Shown here piece after piece: positions 40,638-51,893 of a stretch of DNA of 64,000 nt (its first letter is position 1; every line of letters starts with the position of its first letter). The stretch lies in the IMG/VR virus record IMGVR_UViG_3300042731_005759, positions 112,088 to 176,087 of that record, one strand, 5' to 3'. The translations under genes were made by a program, and so were the position numbers. Under the pieces are notes generated by a model. It was given only the letters and a program-made list of their open reading frames with translations, did no database searches and was not told where the DNA came from. The DNA is from a virus.

Positions 40638-43600
40638 GACAAACAGTAAAACTGCGTAGGAGTGCTGTAGCTGGAAAAAAACCCATTAATTCACAGTTAG
40701 AATTAGGTGAATTATCGGTAAACACTACAGACGGAAAACTATTTTTCGCTAAATCAGGATCAGTTGGACCCTCAGTCCAAGAAATTATAACAACGGACAC
40801 TGTAAACACAGGATCTATAGAAGTATCGGGTTCACTAAGTGTTACAGGAAGTATAACAGGAACACAATTTACAGGTAGTGGACTTGGTTTAACCGAAGTA
40901 CCCTTAGCACTTTCAGGATCTGACGCAGCAGATGTCTCAATTGACGGTACGTTTACAAGAATAAAATTCGATGAATCAACGGGTATAAAAATTAGTGGTA
41001 CAACAGGTGGAGATGCAACAGTATTCTTATCAGGAGTTGCATCCGATTCAAATACAACAGAAGGTAGAACCGCGAAACTTACAGTTACAGGTGCAACAAG
41101 TACTTGGACATTAACACACAATTTAAATGAAAGACACCCCGTTGTTGAAGTATTCGATTCAAACGACGAAATTATAATTCCACAAAAAATTGAAGCCACA
41201 AGTGATAATCAAATTGTGGTTACCTTCTCGACACCTCAAACAGGTACGGTTACTGCAACTGTTGGTGGTGGATTACCAACAATAGAAAGTGGTTACGGGG
41301 GTAGAATTTTATCTGTTGGAACCGATGGTGTTGCAACATGGAAAACGGGGGTATTAAGTGGTTCTGTAGACCTCACAACACTTACAACAACAAGTTCTTT
41401 TAATACTTATACATCATCTACCGATGATAGATTAGACAGTATCGAAACGACCTCAGGTTCTCATAGTGATAGACTTGATAGTTTAGAAACCACTTCAGGT
41501 TCACAAAATAATAGAATAGGTTCACTAGAAACAATAAGTTCTTCACATGATGGTAGACTTGATTCACTTGAAACAAAAACAGGTAGTTTAGATAGTGACA
41601 TCAGTACATTAGATGGAAGAGTTGATAGTTTAGAGACTAAAACAGGAAGTTTAGATGGTGACATCAGTACATTAGATGGGAGAGTAGATTCTCTTGAAAC
41701 AGAAAGTGGTTCTATTAGATCTGACTTTAACTCCTATACATCTTCTAATGATAGTACAAATACAACACAAAACAGTAGAATATCTTCTTTAGAAACCACT
41801 AGTGGTTCTAATATTAGTAGATTAGGTTCTCTTGAAACCGAAAGTGGGTCAATAAGAGGAGATTTCAATACTTACACATCTTCTAATGATAGTACAAACA
41901 CATCGCAAAATAACAGACTTAACTCACTTGAAACTAACAGTGGATCTCAAGCTACCGACATTGGTACTTTACAAAGTTTCCAAGATGACGTGGAGGCGGG
42001 ATTACAATTCACAGGTTCTAATGTCACAGTAAAAGGAAACTTATTAGTTAAAGGAACAGAAACTAAAGTAAATTCCACAACGGTTGATATCGGTGATAAT
42101 ATAGTCTCATTAAATGGAACAGGAGCAACCAACGCGGGTATAGAGGTCAGAGACACTGAATCACCAGGTGTATTGTCAGGTTCTTTAATATATGATACAG
42201 GTGATAACACTTGGAAGGCAGGTATCAAAGGAAGTGAAGAAAGAATATTAATTAATAGTGACCTTACAACATTAGATGGTAGGTTAGATAGTTTAGAAAC
42301 TACTAGTGGGTCACATGGAGATAGGATTGATAGTATTGAAACATCAACATCATCTTTAAACTCATTTACAAGCAGTATAAACACAACAATTAAAAATAAA
42401 TTAAACACTGATGGTGTAATAAGTGGTTCTGAACAAGTAGATCATGATGCAACTACAAATTACAGTGCGAACGAACATATTGACCACTCAACAATCACAA
42501 TAGGTAGTGGAAAAGGTTTAAGTGGTGGGGGAACTATTGTTACTAATAGGAGTTTAGAATTAAATACGGGATCAAACCATTTCTTGGACGGTGTAAAATC
42601 TAAACTAAATAGTGAGACAGTTGTAAGTGGATCTGAACAAATAGACATAACATCAACAACAAACTATAATTTAGTTGATGGTAGGTTGGACAGTATTGAA
42701 ACATTTACAGGAAGTATTGATAATACATATGCAACTGATACTGACGTAACTAATTTAAGAAACACTTTAAATACATATACTTCCTCTAATGACAGTACTA
42801 ACACAACACAAAATAGTAGAATAAGTTCATTAGAGACTACTTCAGGTTCACATGATGGTAGACTTGACTCACTTGAAACTAAGACGGGTTCACTAGAAAC
42901 CACTAATACCACACAAAATAGTCGTTTATCTTCACTTGAGACTAAAACAGGAAGTTTAGACTCTAAAAATAACACACAAGATAATAGACTTGATTCACTT
43001 GAAACAAAAACAGGTAGTTTAGATAGTGACATCAGCACATTAACAAATACTGATGAAGGTATGAGGGAAGACTTCAACACATATACTTCATCAAACAATA
43101 GTGTTAATACCACACAAGATAATCGACTAAATTCTTTAGAAACAAAAACAGGTAGTTTAGATTCTGATATATCCACATTAGATAGTAGGGTCGATAGTTT
43201 AGAAATTAAGACGGGTAGTTTAGATTCAGACATAACCACATTAGATGGAAGGTTAGATTCACTTGAAACGGAAAGTGGTAGTATTAGAACAGATTTTAAT
43301 TCTCACACATCGTCAATAAACGGTAGGGTTGATAGTGTGGAGAATAAAATAGACTCTCTCCAAACGGAAAGTGGTAGTATTAGAAGTGATTTTAATTCAT
43401 ATACTTCGTCAAATGATAGTACGAATACCACACAGAACAATAAAATATCCTCTTTAGAAACAACAAGTGGTTCACACAACTCACGTTTAACTAATTTAGA
43501 AACCTTCGAGACTAAAGTAGATAACGGATTAGAATTTACAGGTTCTAATGTGACCATTAAAGGTAATTTATTAGTAAAAGGTACCGAAACAAGAGTTAAT

Positions 43601-46600
43601 TCAACCACTGTAGACATAAATGATAATATAATATCACTTAATGGTAGTGGTGCGGCAAGTGCAGGTATAGAAGTACAGGATGTTACTTCTCCAGGTACAT
43701 TATCAGGTTCATTGATATGGGATGGAAGTAACAATTATTGGAAAGCGGGTACAAAAACAAACGAAGAAAAGATTTTAGTACAATCAGACTATACCACATT
43801 AGACGGAAGATTAGACTCCTTAGAAACTACGAGTGGATCTCACGAAGGTAGATTAGATTCGATTGAATCTCAAACAGGTAGTTACCTTACTTCATATAAT
43901 AATGAGTATACTACAGGTGCGACATTTAACACAAGTAATGGTCTTATTACATTTACAAGAAATGATGGTGATACCTTTACTGTAGATATTGATGGGAAAT
44001 ACGCGGAGTCAGGACATAACCATGACGATAGATATTATACGGAGACTGAAACAGGTAACTTCTTTGATGGTACTACAAGTATTAGTGGTTATAATAAAAC
44101 AAATTGGGATAACGCATATGGATGGGGAGATCACTCTACTGTAGGTTATATAACAGGATTTACTGATACAAATATCCACACTACGGGAGCGACATTTGGT
44201 ACCTCTGATGGTATCATAACATTCACAAATAATCAAGGTGACACATATACTGTTGATATTGATGGTAGATTCTCATTATCAAATCATAACCACGATGATA
44301 GATACTACTTAGAAACAGAAATAGATAATTTCTTTGATGGTACTACAAGTATTAGTGGTTATAATAAAACAAATTGGGATAACGCATATGGATGGGGTGA
44401 CCACAGTACAGCAGGTTACTTAACTTCATATAATAATGAATACACGACGGGAGCAACTTTTAATACAGGTAACGGTATAATTACTTTCACTCGTAATGAT
44501 GGTGATACCTTTAGTGTGGATCTTGATGGTAAATATTTCGAGATTAGTGGAGGTACATTGTCGGGTAATATTACTATACAACAATCAAATCCAACAATTA
44601 CACTTGATGAAACTGATGTCACCGCAAGATGGAGATTAAGGACTTCAGGTGGTAGTACAAGATTCCAATACGCATCTGATGCGAGTACATATAGTGACTT
44701 TTTAACTTTAGGTGCGACATCTAATACTATAGAAAATAACACAACCTTTAATGGTACTGTTACTGCATCTTCTTTAATTAAAAGTGGTGGGACATCATCA
44801 CAATTCCTAAAAGCAGATGGTAGTGTGGATTCGAATACGTATCTTACGTCTCACCCTAACATATCCGCAGCATCCTCATCTAATAATTCAGGTAGAACAT
44901 ATATCCAAGATCTTTTATTGGATGGTAATGGACATGTCACGGGAATTACAACCGCAACTGAAACAGTCACAAATACGGATACCAACTATTTTACTACAGG
45001 TGCAACATTTAATACAAGTAATGGTATTATAACTTTTACAGATAACCAAGGAGACACATATACTGTAGATATAGATGGTAGATTCTTAACGAGTTATACT
45101 GAAACCGATCCTGTTTTCACCGCACACGCGGCATATGGTATAACCTCAACTAAAATATCAAATTGGGATACCGCATATGGATGGGGTGATCATAGTACGG
45201 CAGGTTATTTAACTTCTCACCCATCAATATCTGCAGCATCCTCATCTAATAATGGTGGTAGAACATATATCCAAGATATACTTCTTGATGGAAATGGTCA
45301 CGTTACGGGTATAACTACAGCAACGGAAACGGTAACTAACACAGACACAAACTACTACGTTGATGGATTAAGTTTTGATACGGCTACAGGAGTATTAACC
45401 GCTAGTGTCAACGGTGCAACAAACCAAACCGTAGATCTTGATGGTAGATATTCACTAAGTTCTCATAATCATGATAGTGATTATGTGAATGTGTCGGGAG
45501 ATACTATGACAGGAAAACTTACTGTTAATTCAGGTGGTGCATTAATACAAAATTCGGGGAGTTCTCAAAGTACAGTATTAACTATTGAACAAACTGCGGA
45601 TGTTGGATCGACAAGTGATTTATTAATTAAAACAGCATATGATAGAGATGTTGGTATTAGGTTAGAAACATTAGGTGGATCACACAACATATGGCAAGAT
45701 TCTAATGGTGATGATGCATTAATAATAAGTGCGGGTGGATATAATAGAACTAATGATGCAACTGCGGTCTTTAAACAAGATCATAGTGTCCAATTACCAA
45801 ATGGTAGTTTGACTGCAACATCAATTATTAAAAGTGGTGGAACATCATCACAATTCCTAAAGGCGGATGGTAGTGTAGATTCAAACACATACTTAACATC
45901 TCACCCATCAATATCTGCAGCATCCTCATCTAATAATAGTGGTAGGACGTATATTCAAGATATATTAGTTGATGGGAATGGTCACGTTACAGGTATAACT
46001 ACAGCGACTGAGACAGTTACCAACACAGATGAATACACGACAGGTGTTACATGGAATGGTACGACTGCGGTATTGACCTTTACAAGAAATGACGGTGACA
46101 CGTATAGTGTTACCATGTTAGAGACACTAAGTGACGTTACGGTTACGGGTGGTACATATACTAGTGGAACACAAACATTAACATTAACCAAATCTGATGG
46201 AAATACTGTTTCGGTAACTGGTTTTGCGGTAGATACCGATGTGAATTGGTATACTACAGGTGCAACATTTAACACTGGTAATGGTGTTATCACAGGTACT
46301 CACCAAGGAGGTACGTGGACCGTCGACATCGATGGTAGATATTCTCTAACTAGTCACAACCACGACAGTGATTATTTAGCGTTATCAGGTGGAACACTGA
46401 CAGGAGGATTAAATGGTACCACAGGTACATTCTCAGGTAAAGGTACATTTGACAATTTAGAACTTACAAGTGGTGCAAGACACCTCACAATTACACAAAG
46501 TTCTGACGATTGGTTCATATATAATGACCAACAAGATAACGGTATTGTAATCTACAATGGTACAGGTGGTGTTGAAATTCATTACAGTGGATCATCAATT

Positions 46601-49045
46601 GCAGATTTTGATAGTACAGGTATAACACTTAGAGATAATGTAACGATGGCAGGTTCATCGACTATCGACATGGGAACTAATACCATTACCGATACCAAAG
46701 TTGGTCAATGGGATACTGCATATGGTTGGGGGGACCATTCACAAGAAGGGTATTTAACAACTTATAATGATGAATATACCACAGGTGCGACATTTAGTAC
46801 ATCAACGGGAGTCATAACCTTTACAAGAAACGATGGTGATACGTTCACAGTTGATATTGACGGTAGATTCTTAACAAGTTACACAGAAACTGATACATTA
46901 GCGAATGTTACATCGAGAGGTGCAACTACCACTGATAATATTACAACAGGTCATCACACTATTAAATCAGGAAATACCAACAAACAAAGTAGGCATCTCT
47001 TGTATATTGGTGGTGACGGATTAGCATCAGCAGACGCATCTATATATCTTGGTAATGACGGTAATGGTGGTGGATATGGTTGGGAATTATTCTATGAGGG
47101 TTCTGGTAGTGGTAATGCAAATGCATTTATACTGAGAGCCGAAAATTTAGGTACATCTGTCGATACAATGAAGGTACTACAAGATGGTACTGTCACTTTT
47201 GTAAATAATATAACCACATCAGGTACAATAACCGCTTCGGGAGGTAATTCAGGTAATTGGAACACTGCTTATGGATGGGGAGATCACTCAACAGCGGGTT
47301 ATCTAACTTCCTTTAGTGAATCAGATACTTTAGATAGTGTTGTAAGTAGAGGATCATCAACATCAAGTACAGTTTCTGTTGGTAGACTGAATATTGGCTC
47401 TACTGCTGATTCGGATTTCTTAACAGGTAATTCAGAATTATCGGCTAACGGTTATATCATGACTAAGGCGATCGTCAATACAAGTGAGACAGGTACAGGT
47501 CCAGCAGCGATCGTATTTGGTAATGGTTCTACATACGGATCTGATCAAATATCTTTTGTTACTGTGGGTAACACTCGAATGTATATTGATAATAATGGTG
47601 TTGATGTCTCAGTACAATTAAATATGTCCGCTGATATCGACATGGGAACTAATACCATCACTGATACAAAAGTTGGTCAATGGGACACTGCATATGGATG
47701 GGGTGACCATAGTACGGCAGGTTATATAAGTTCTTATGTTAATGATATTGATTACATAGATTCGGCAACATTTAACACAGGTACAGGTGTAATAACAGGT
47801 ACTGGTGTAGGTAACGCAGGATTCACGGTCGATATTGATGGTAGATACCTATTAGATTCAACAGATACATTTACTGGGGCACTTACCATTAATGGGGACA
47901 TCAGAGGTAACGGACAACAACTCGTATTAAACGCAGGTGAATCTTACAGTTACGCCACAGGACAGACAAATGAATACGTCTACGTCAATGCGGAACAAGG
48001 TCTTGAGGTTAACTCTGAAACAGGTAACTGGTCAGGAGGATGGGCGGCAAGAAAGACGGCTCTCCTAAGAGGGGATCTACTAAGAATAGATGGTGAAGAC
48101 CTAACCAAAACAAACATCCAAAACTTTAAAACCGCATACGGTTGGGGAAATCACGCTAGTGGTGGTTATCTGACCTCTTCTTCACAACTTAATGCAAGTA
48201 ACATGACCACAGGTACTTTACCTGATGTTATGTCAAACACCACAAGATATAATATTGGTTATATCGATGGAGTTAGTCAAGATTCAAGAGACAAGATTAG
48301 AGTTTGGGAAAGTGCTTCATATACCATCGGTATGAAATCAGGATATGACTACGGACACTTAGGTTCAGGAGAATATGCGATGTCATTCCAAATGAACGAC
48401 AACCCAGGAAGAGGTTGGTGGTGGGGTCACGACAGTCACACAGACGATCAAGGAGCGATGGCACTTACCACAGATGGTGAATTAGTATTAGCAAAATCAC
48501 TTTCTATTGGTCAGGGTGAGTCAGTAACCGCACCAAGTGATACACCATTATATGTTGAAGGTACAACATCGGGATCAACAGTATTTGATGTCCAAGGTAC
48601 ACAAGGACAACTATTCTCGATTACAGATGATTTAACGGGTGATTTATTCGAGGTATCTGACATATCAGGTATTCCAATCTTAACAGTTAATGCGTCGGGT
48701 ACGGTCACTGTGGATGAAACATTACATGTAACTGGTGATGTAATTGCGTATTATTCTTCGGATGAAAAATTAAAAGATAATGTCAAACCAATTGAAAATC
48801 CATTAGATAAAATAAAGATGATCGGTGGTTATGAGTTTGATTGGAATGGTTTAAGTAAAAATGAGGGTCATGACGTGGGGGTTATTGCACAGGAGATAGA
48901 AAAAGTTTTACCTGAAGTAGTAACTACTCGTTCGAATGGTTATAAAGCGGTTAAGTATGAAAAACTTACAGCATTACTAATTCAGGCCAATAAAGAACTT
49001 TTAGAAAAGGTCGAAAAATTAGAGAAAAAAATCAATGATAAGTAA
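40634..49045 (+). CDS. Giant modular tail fibre (2803 aa) with a C-terminal peptidase S74 intramolecular chaperone
   Basis: N-term KLRRS..LELGELSVNTTDGKLF; RLDSLETxxGS coiled-coil repeats; AYGWGDH repeats; SSDEKLK..GVIAQEIEKVLPE..VKYEKL. Confidence 0.88.
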   Translation: MGQTVKLRRSAVAGKKPINSQLELGELSVNTTDGKLFFAKSGSVGPSVQEIITTDTVNTGSIEVSGSLSVTGSITGTQFTGSGLGLTEVPLALSGSDAADVSIDGTFTRIKFDESTGIKISGTTGGDATVFLSGVASDSNTTEGRTAKLTVTGATSTWTLTHNLNERHPVVEVFDSNDEIIIPQKIEATSDNQIVVTFSTPQTGTVTATVGGGLPTIESGYGGRILSVGTDGVATWKTGVLSGSVDLTTLTTTSSFNTYTSSTDDRLDSIETTSGSHSDRLDSLETTSGSQNNRIGSLETISSSHDGRLDSLETKTGSLDSDISTLDGRVDSLETKTGSLDGDISTLDGRVDSLETESGSIRSDFNSYTSSNDSTNTTQNSRISSLETTSGSNISRLGSLETESGSIRGDFNTYTSSNDSTNTSQNNRLNSLETNSGSQATDIGTLQSFQDDVEAGLQFTGSNVTVKGNLLVKGTETKVNSTTVDIGDNIVSLNGTGATNAGIEVRDTESPGVLSGSLIYDTGDNTWKAGIKGSEERILINSDLTTLDGRLDSLETTSGSHGDRIDSIETSTSSLNSFTSSINTTIKNKLNTDGVISGSEQVDHDATTNYSANEHIDHSTITIGSGKGLSGGGTIVTNRSLELNTGSNHFLDGVKSKLNSETVVSGSEQIDITSTTNYNLVDGRLDSIETFTGSIDNTYATDTDVTNLRNTLNTYTSSNDSTNTTQNSRISSLETTSGSHDGRLDSLETKTGSLETTNTTQNSRLSSLETKTGSLDSKNNTQDNRLDSLETKTGSLDSDISTLTNTDEGMREDFNTYTSSNNSVNTTQDNRLNSLETKTGSLDSDISTLDSRVDSLEIKTGSLDSDITTLDGRLDSLETESGSIRTDFNSHTSSINGRVDSVENKIDSLQTESGSIRSDFNSYTSSNDSTNTTQNNKISSLETTSGSHNSRLTNLETFETKVDNGLEFTGSNVTIKGNLLVKGTETRVNSTTVDINDNIISLNGSGAASAGIEVQDVTSPGTLSGSLIWDGSNNYWKAGTKTNEEKILVQSDYTTLDGRLDSLETTSGSHEGRLDSIESQTGSYLTSYNNEYTTGATFNTSNGLITFTRNDGDTFTVDIDGKYAESGHNHDDRYYTETETGNFFDGTTSISGYNKTNWDNAYGWGDHSTVGYITGFTDTNIHTTGATFGTSDGIITFTNNQGDTYTVDIDGRFSLSNHNHDDRYYLETEIDNFFDGTTSISGYNKTNWDNAYGWGDHSTAGYLTSYNNEYTTGATFNTGNGIITFTRNDGDTFSVDLDGKYFEISGGTLSGNITIQQSNPTITLDETDVTARWRLRTSGGSTRFQYASDASTYSDFLTLGATSNTIENNTTFNGTVTASSLIKSGGTSSQFLKADGSVDSNTYLTSHPNISAASSSNNSGRTYIQDLLLDGNGHVTGITTATETVTNTDTNYFTTGATFNTSNGIITFTDNQGDTYTVDIDGRFLTSYTETDPVFTAHAAYGITSTKISNWDTAYGWGDHSTAGYLTSHPSISAASSSNNGGRTYIQDILLDGNGHVTGITTATETVTNTDTNYYVDGLSFDTATGVLTASVNGATNQTVDLDGRYSLSSHNHDSDYVNVSGDTMTGKLTVNSGGALIQNSGSSQSTVLTIEQTADVGSTSDLLIKTAYDRDVGIRLETLGGSHNIWQDSNGDDALIISAGGYNRTNDATAVFKQDHSVQLPNGSLTATSIIKSGGTSSQFLKADGSVDSNTYLTSHPSISAASSSNNSGRTYIQDILVDGNGHVTGITTATETVTNTDEYTTGVTWNGTTAVLTFTRNDGDTYSVTMLETLSDVTVTGGTYTSGTQTLTLTKSDGNTVSVTGFAVDTDVNWYTTGATFNTGNGVITGTHQGGTWTVDIDGRYSLTSHNHDSDYLALSGGTLTGGLNGTTGTFSGKGTFDNLELTSGARHLTITQSSDDWFIYNDQQDNGIVIYNGTGGVEIHYSGSSIADFDSTGITLRDNVTMAGSSTIDMGTNTITDTKVGQWDTAYGWGDHSQEGYLTTYNDEYTTGATFSTSTGVITFTRNDGDTFTVDIDGRFLTSYTETDTLANVTSRGATTTDNITTGHHTIKSGNTNKQSRHLLYIGGDGLASADASIYLGNDGNGGGYGWELFYEGSGSGNANAFILRAENLGTSVDTMKVLQDGTVTFVNNITTSGTITASGGNSGNWNTAYGWGDHSTAGYLTSFSESDTLDSVVSRGSSTSSTVSVGRLNIGSTADSDFLTGNSELSANGYIMTKAIVNTSETGTGPAAIVFGNGSTYGSDQISFVTVGNTRMYIDNNGVDVSVQLNMSADIDMGTNTITDTKVGQWDTAYGWGDHSTAGYISSYVNDIDYIDSATFNTGTGVITGTGVGNAGFTVDIDGRYLLDSTDTFTGALTINGDIRGNGQQLVLNAGESYSYATGQTNEYVYVNAEQGLEVNSETGNWSGGWAARKTALLRGDLLRIDGEDLTKTNIQNFKTAYGWGNHASGGYLTSSSQLNASNMTTGTLPDVMSNTTRYNIGYIDGVSQDSRDKIRVWESASYTIGMKSGYDYGHLGSGEYAMSFQMNDNPGRGWWWGHDSHTDDQGAMALTTDGELVLAKSLSIGQGESVTAPSDTPLYVEGTTSGSTVFDVQGTQGQLFSITDDLTGDLFEVSDISGIPILTVNASGTVTVDETLHVTGDVIAYYSSDEKLKDNVKPIENPLDKIKMIGGYEFDWNGLSKNEGHDVGVIAQEIEKVLPEVVTTRSNGYKAVKYEKLTALLIQANKELLEKVEKLEKKINDK
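44060..44397 (+). repeat. 68-nt exact direct repeat (44060-44127 / 44330-44397)
   Basis: Identical copies 270 nt apart, in frame. Confidence 0.85.
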
Positions 49046-49746
49046 TGTCGTTCAAAAGAGGACCCAAAATAGTAAGAGAGAATCTACAGATCTTATTAGA
49101 TGCTAACTCTGATAGATCATGGCCAGGTAGTGGAACGACTTGGTACGATATTTCAGGTAATGGAAATAATTTTACATTCAACGGGACACCATATTTTGTT
49201 TCAGGATTTCCAACAACTTATTGGGGAACATCGGGAAGAGTCGCAACTGGTCCCGCATCAAATAGTGTTGGTATAGATAATACCTCAGGGTATAGTATCA
49301 TGTGGTGTTTTAAAACACCCACAGGAAGTTCTAACGGTGCTTTTAAATTTTTTGGTTCAGGAACTTATTCGAGAGCAATATTTGTACACCCTGGTTGGAG
49401 TAATGATACACTTTATTTTGATCAAGGTGGATGTTGTAATGCAGATACAAGAACCCAATATACAAATTCAAATATAGTTGGTGGAAGTGATTGGAGTTTT
49501 GCCGCAGTAACATGCAATACTAATAGAACCTCAAGATCAATTTATTATAATGGTAGTGTTGCAACAACTAACACAACAACAGCATTGAATATAAATTTAA
49601 ATAGTACCGCTATACAATTAAATCCAAGTGATGAGGGTTATAATTGGGCGGGATACTTAGTAAATTTCATGGTATACAATAGAGAGTTGAGTACTGATGA
49701 GTTAGATCAGAACTATAATGCGTTTAAACATAGATTTGGTATATAA
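49045..49746 (+). CDS. LamG/concanavalin A-like lectin protein
   Basis: GPKIV..LLDA..SWPGSGTTWYDISGNGN; VYNRELS..QNYNA. Confidence 0.75.
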   Translation: MSFKRGPKIVRENLQILLDANSDRSWPGSGTTWYDISGNGNNFTFNGTPYFVSGFPTTYWGTSGRVATGPASNSVGIDNTSGYSIMWCFKTPTGSSNGAFKFFGSGTYSRAIFVHPGWSNDTLYFDQGGCCNADTRTQYTNSNIVGGSDWSFAAVTCNTNRTSRSIYYNGSVATTNTTTALNINLNSTAIQLNPSDEGYNWAGYLVNFMVYNRELSTDELDQNYNAFKHRFGI

Positions 49747-51008
49747 TGTATTCAGGACCCAAAATAGTAAAAGGAGGATTAGTATTCGGATATGATAACG
49801 GTAAAGCACCTAATTCATCTGAAGAGTCAAATAATTCTTATGGATTAAAGTCAAGAAGATTTTTCAAAGGTGAGTCGACATCGAATCTAATTAATGGTGG
49901 TACTGATAGAGCGGATGGAATAAGTGCACCAATACAATCAGGAAATCATGCGGGGTGTAATGGAACAGTAACTAATGATTATTATTTCAGTGCAACTAGA
50001 CCTCACACACTTAGATGTTATTCATCGAATAATACGGGTTACTTCATGTTATTACAAGAACCTAATGTTACTCTCAACTCAGGAACATACTACACATATT
50101 CTTTCGATTATAAAGTAATAAAGGGAGCACCAAATGTTTTTAATGGTAGTGTGACTGTTTATGGTAATGGATATAAAGTTCCTGATGGTGGAAGTAAAGC
50201 GTCTAATGTCACCGTTCACAATAAAAATATTGGTCGAGGTTGGAAAAGATATAGTTTAACTTATACACCAACTTACACAGGGGTAAACAGATACAGATTG
50301 AATCTCAATACTGGAGGACAACTAGGTATTGGTAATCGTGATTTTGAAGTACTTTTTGATAACTTTCAAATCACACAATCTAATCGTCCAGTGCCCTATG
50401 TCAATGGTGGTATTATAAGATCACATTTCAGTGCCTTGACCGATTTAAAAAGAAATAAATCTATTGGAACAAATAATGTTACATGGGGTTCTAACGGGTT
50501 ATTTACATTTGATGGTACTAATGATTATATGGCAATAGATGATGTTTGTGATGATGTTGCGGGTGGGGATTTTACACTTGAAGCCATTATTAAATGTAGT
50601 GGACTTGATCATAAGTCAGTCATGTCGTTCAACCAAAGTAATGGTAATAATAGGGCACTTTTTATGGTAAGAACAAATGGTATGGGGATTTATGACAATA
50701 GTGCATGGCATATCGGAACAAAAAATGTTAATGACAACGCGTATCACCATGTTGTTTTAACATATGACAAATCGAGTGCGGCCTGTAAAATATATACGGA
50801 CACCGTTCTTAATTTAAACTCAACAATAGCAACAATTAATATTGATGCCGCAGATAAATTTAGTGTGGGAATGGAATGGGACGGAGGTAGCCCGTCTGAC
50901 TTTTTTAATGGAGAAATACCAGTTGTTAAAGTATATAATAAAGTTTTGGAATCTTTAGAGGTAAAGAGAAATTTCAAGGCATATAAAAGAAGATTTAATA
51001 TAACATGA
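49746..51008 (+). CDS. LamG-like lectin protein with an inserted CBM-like region
   Basis: GPKIV, FDGTNDY, YHHVVLTY, FFNGEI..VYNKVL. Confidence 0.75.
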   Translation: MYSGPKIVKGGLVFGYDNGKAPNSSEESNNSYGLKSRRFFKGESTSNLINGGTDRADGISAPIQSGNHAGCNGTVTNDYYFSATRPHTLRCYSSNNTGYFMLLQEPNVTLNSGTYYTYSFDYKVIKGAPNVFNGSVTVYGNGYKVPDGGSKASNVTVHNKNIGRGWKRYSLTYTPTYTGVNRYRLNLNTGGQLGIGNRDFEVLFDNFQITQSNRPVPYVNGGIIRSHFSALTDLKRNKSIGTNNVTWGSNGLFTFDGTNDYMAIDDVCDDVAGGDFTLEAIIKCSGLDHKSVMSFNQSNGNNRALFMVRTNGMGIYDNSAWHIGTKNVNDNAYHHVVLTYDKSSAACKIYTDTVLNLNSTIATINIDAADKFSVGMEWDGGSPSDFFNGEIPVVKVYNKVLESLEVKRNFKAYKRRFNIT

Positions 51009-51892
51009 GTACTTTAGGTGGACCTAATAATTTTGGACTTTGGCCAAATGCGGATTTTAGAAATGGTAATGCTAATGAGTGGAGTTTGGGTACTTATAAT
51101 GCAACAGGTGGACCAAATGGGGACGACCCATATATTGAACTCACAGGAGGTGGTGGATCTGGTTGGACAGGTGGTAGAGTTGAAGTAGACTTCAACGCAA
51201 CTTACAGAATGGTTTGTTATGCTAAAACATTTTCTCCTGGTAGTTCAGGTAACAATGCGGGTGGTCACATAGGTTTCGCATGTTATGATGAAAATGATAA
51301 TTTTATTGATTTAAGACACTTAAAAGGTATTGGGGATACACAACTAACGAGGACCGCAACACCTGGTGATACCACCATATACGTTGCAGACGCATCGGGG
51401 TGGTATAATGGGTCGACAGGTTATTTTAGAGGACTTATGTTGTTCGGTGGACAATACCCTTATTCAGAAGGATACACTCGATACGCGGTAACAAGTAACG
51501 GGTATAATGAAAATGGTATGACTAATTTAGGTAATGGAGAGTGGTCAGTAACACTACCAAATGGATTAGGTACGTACAGTGATGTTTTAGTCAATGGATC
51601 TTACCCAATCGGGACTTATCTTTCTAATGGACGTGCGGGTGGTTCATATAACTATGCATTGGGTGCACCCACATACCCAACAACATGGACAAGATATGAT
51701 ACAGGTAATTTCACGGGAACAAGTAGAAACAGTGGAACACCATTTAGATATGGAACAAAATATGTGAGATTTTTAATTTTAAGAAATTATAATAGAAGAA
51801 CAGAGTCACCACAGGATCATGTGTGGGGAATTAGTAAAATCTTCTTTGGAAAAGTGACCGATGGAAGGGTCTACGATAGTAGTAGAGTGTAG
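51005..51892 (+). CDS. Fibre-associated jelly-roll/CBM-like protein
   Basis: Gly/aromatic-rich; NADF, IGFACYD, GTKYVRF. Confidence 0.55.
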   Translation: MSTLGGPNNFGLWPNADFRNGNANEWSLGTYNATGGPNGDDPYIELTGGGGSGWTGGRVEVDFNATYRMVCYAKTFSPGSSGNNAGGHIGFACYDENDNFIDLRHLKGIGDTQLTRTATPGDTTIYVADASGWYNGSTGYFRGLMLFGGQYPYSEGYTRYAVTSNGYNENGMTNLGNGEWSVTLPNGLGTYSDVLVNGSYPIGTYLSNGRAGGSYNYALGAPTYPTTWTRYDTGNFTGTSRNSGTPFRYGTKYVRFLILRNYNRRTESPQDHVWGISKIFFGKVTDGRVYDSSRV

Positions 51893-51893
51893 T

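Noticed and set aside
41420-43880. D-S-(L/I/T) as Bacteroidota O-glycosylation sequons
   Set aside because: That host pathway acts on exported proteins, the fibre has no signal peptide, and the motif is explained by the coiled-coil repeat
43880-48180. Near-identical repeats as a diversity-generating retroelement TR/VR pair
   Set aside because: The repeats are in-frame and intragenic, I saw no adenine-specific mismatch pattern, and there is no reverse transcriptase in the window
38655-48708. Numerous minus-strand ORFs over the fibre genes
   Set aside because: Antisense shadows of Thr/Ser/Gly-rich coding sequence with no recognisable motifs
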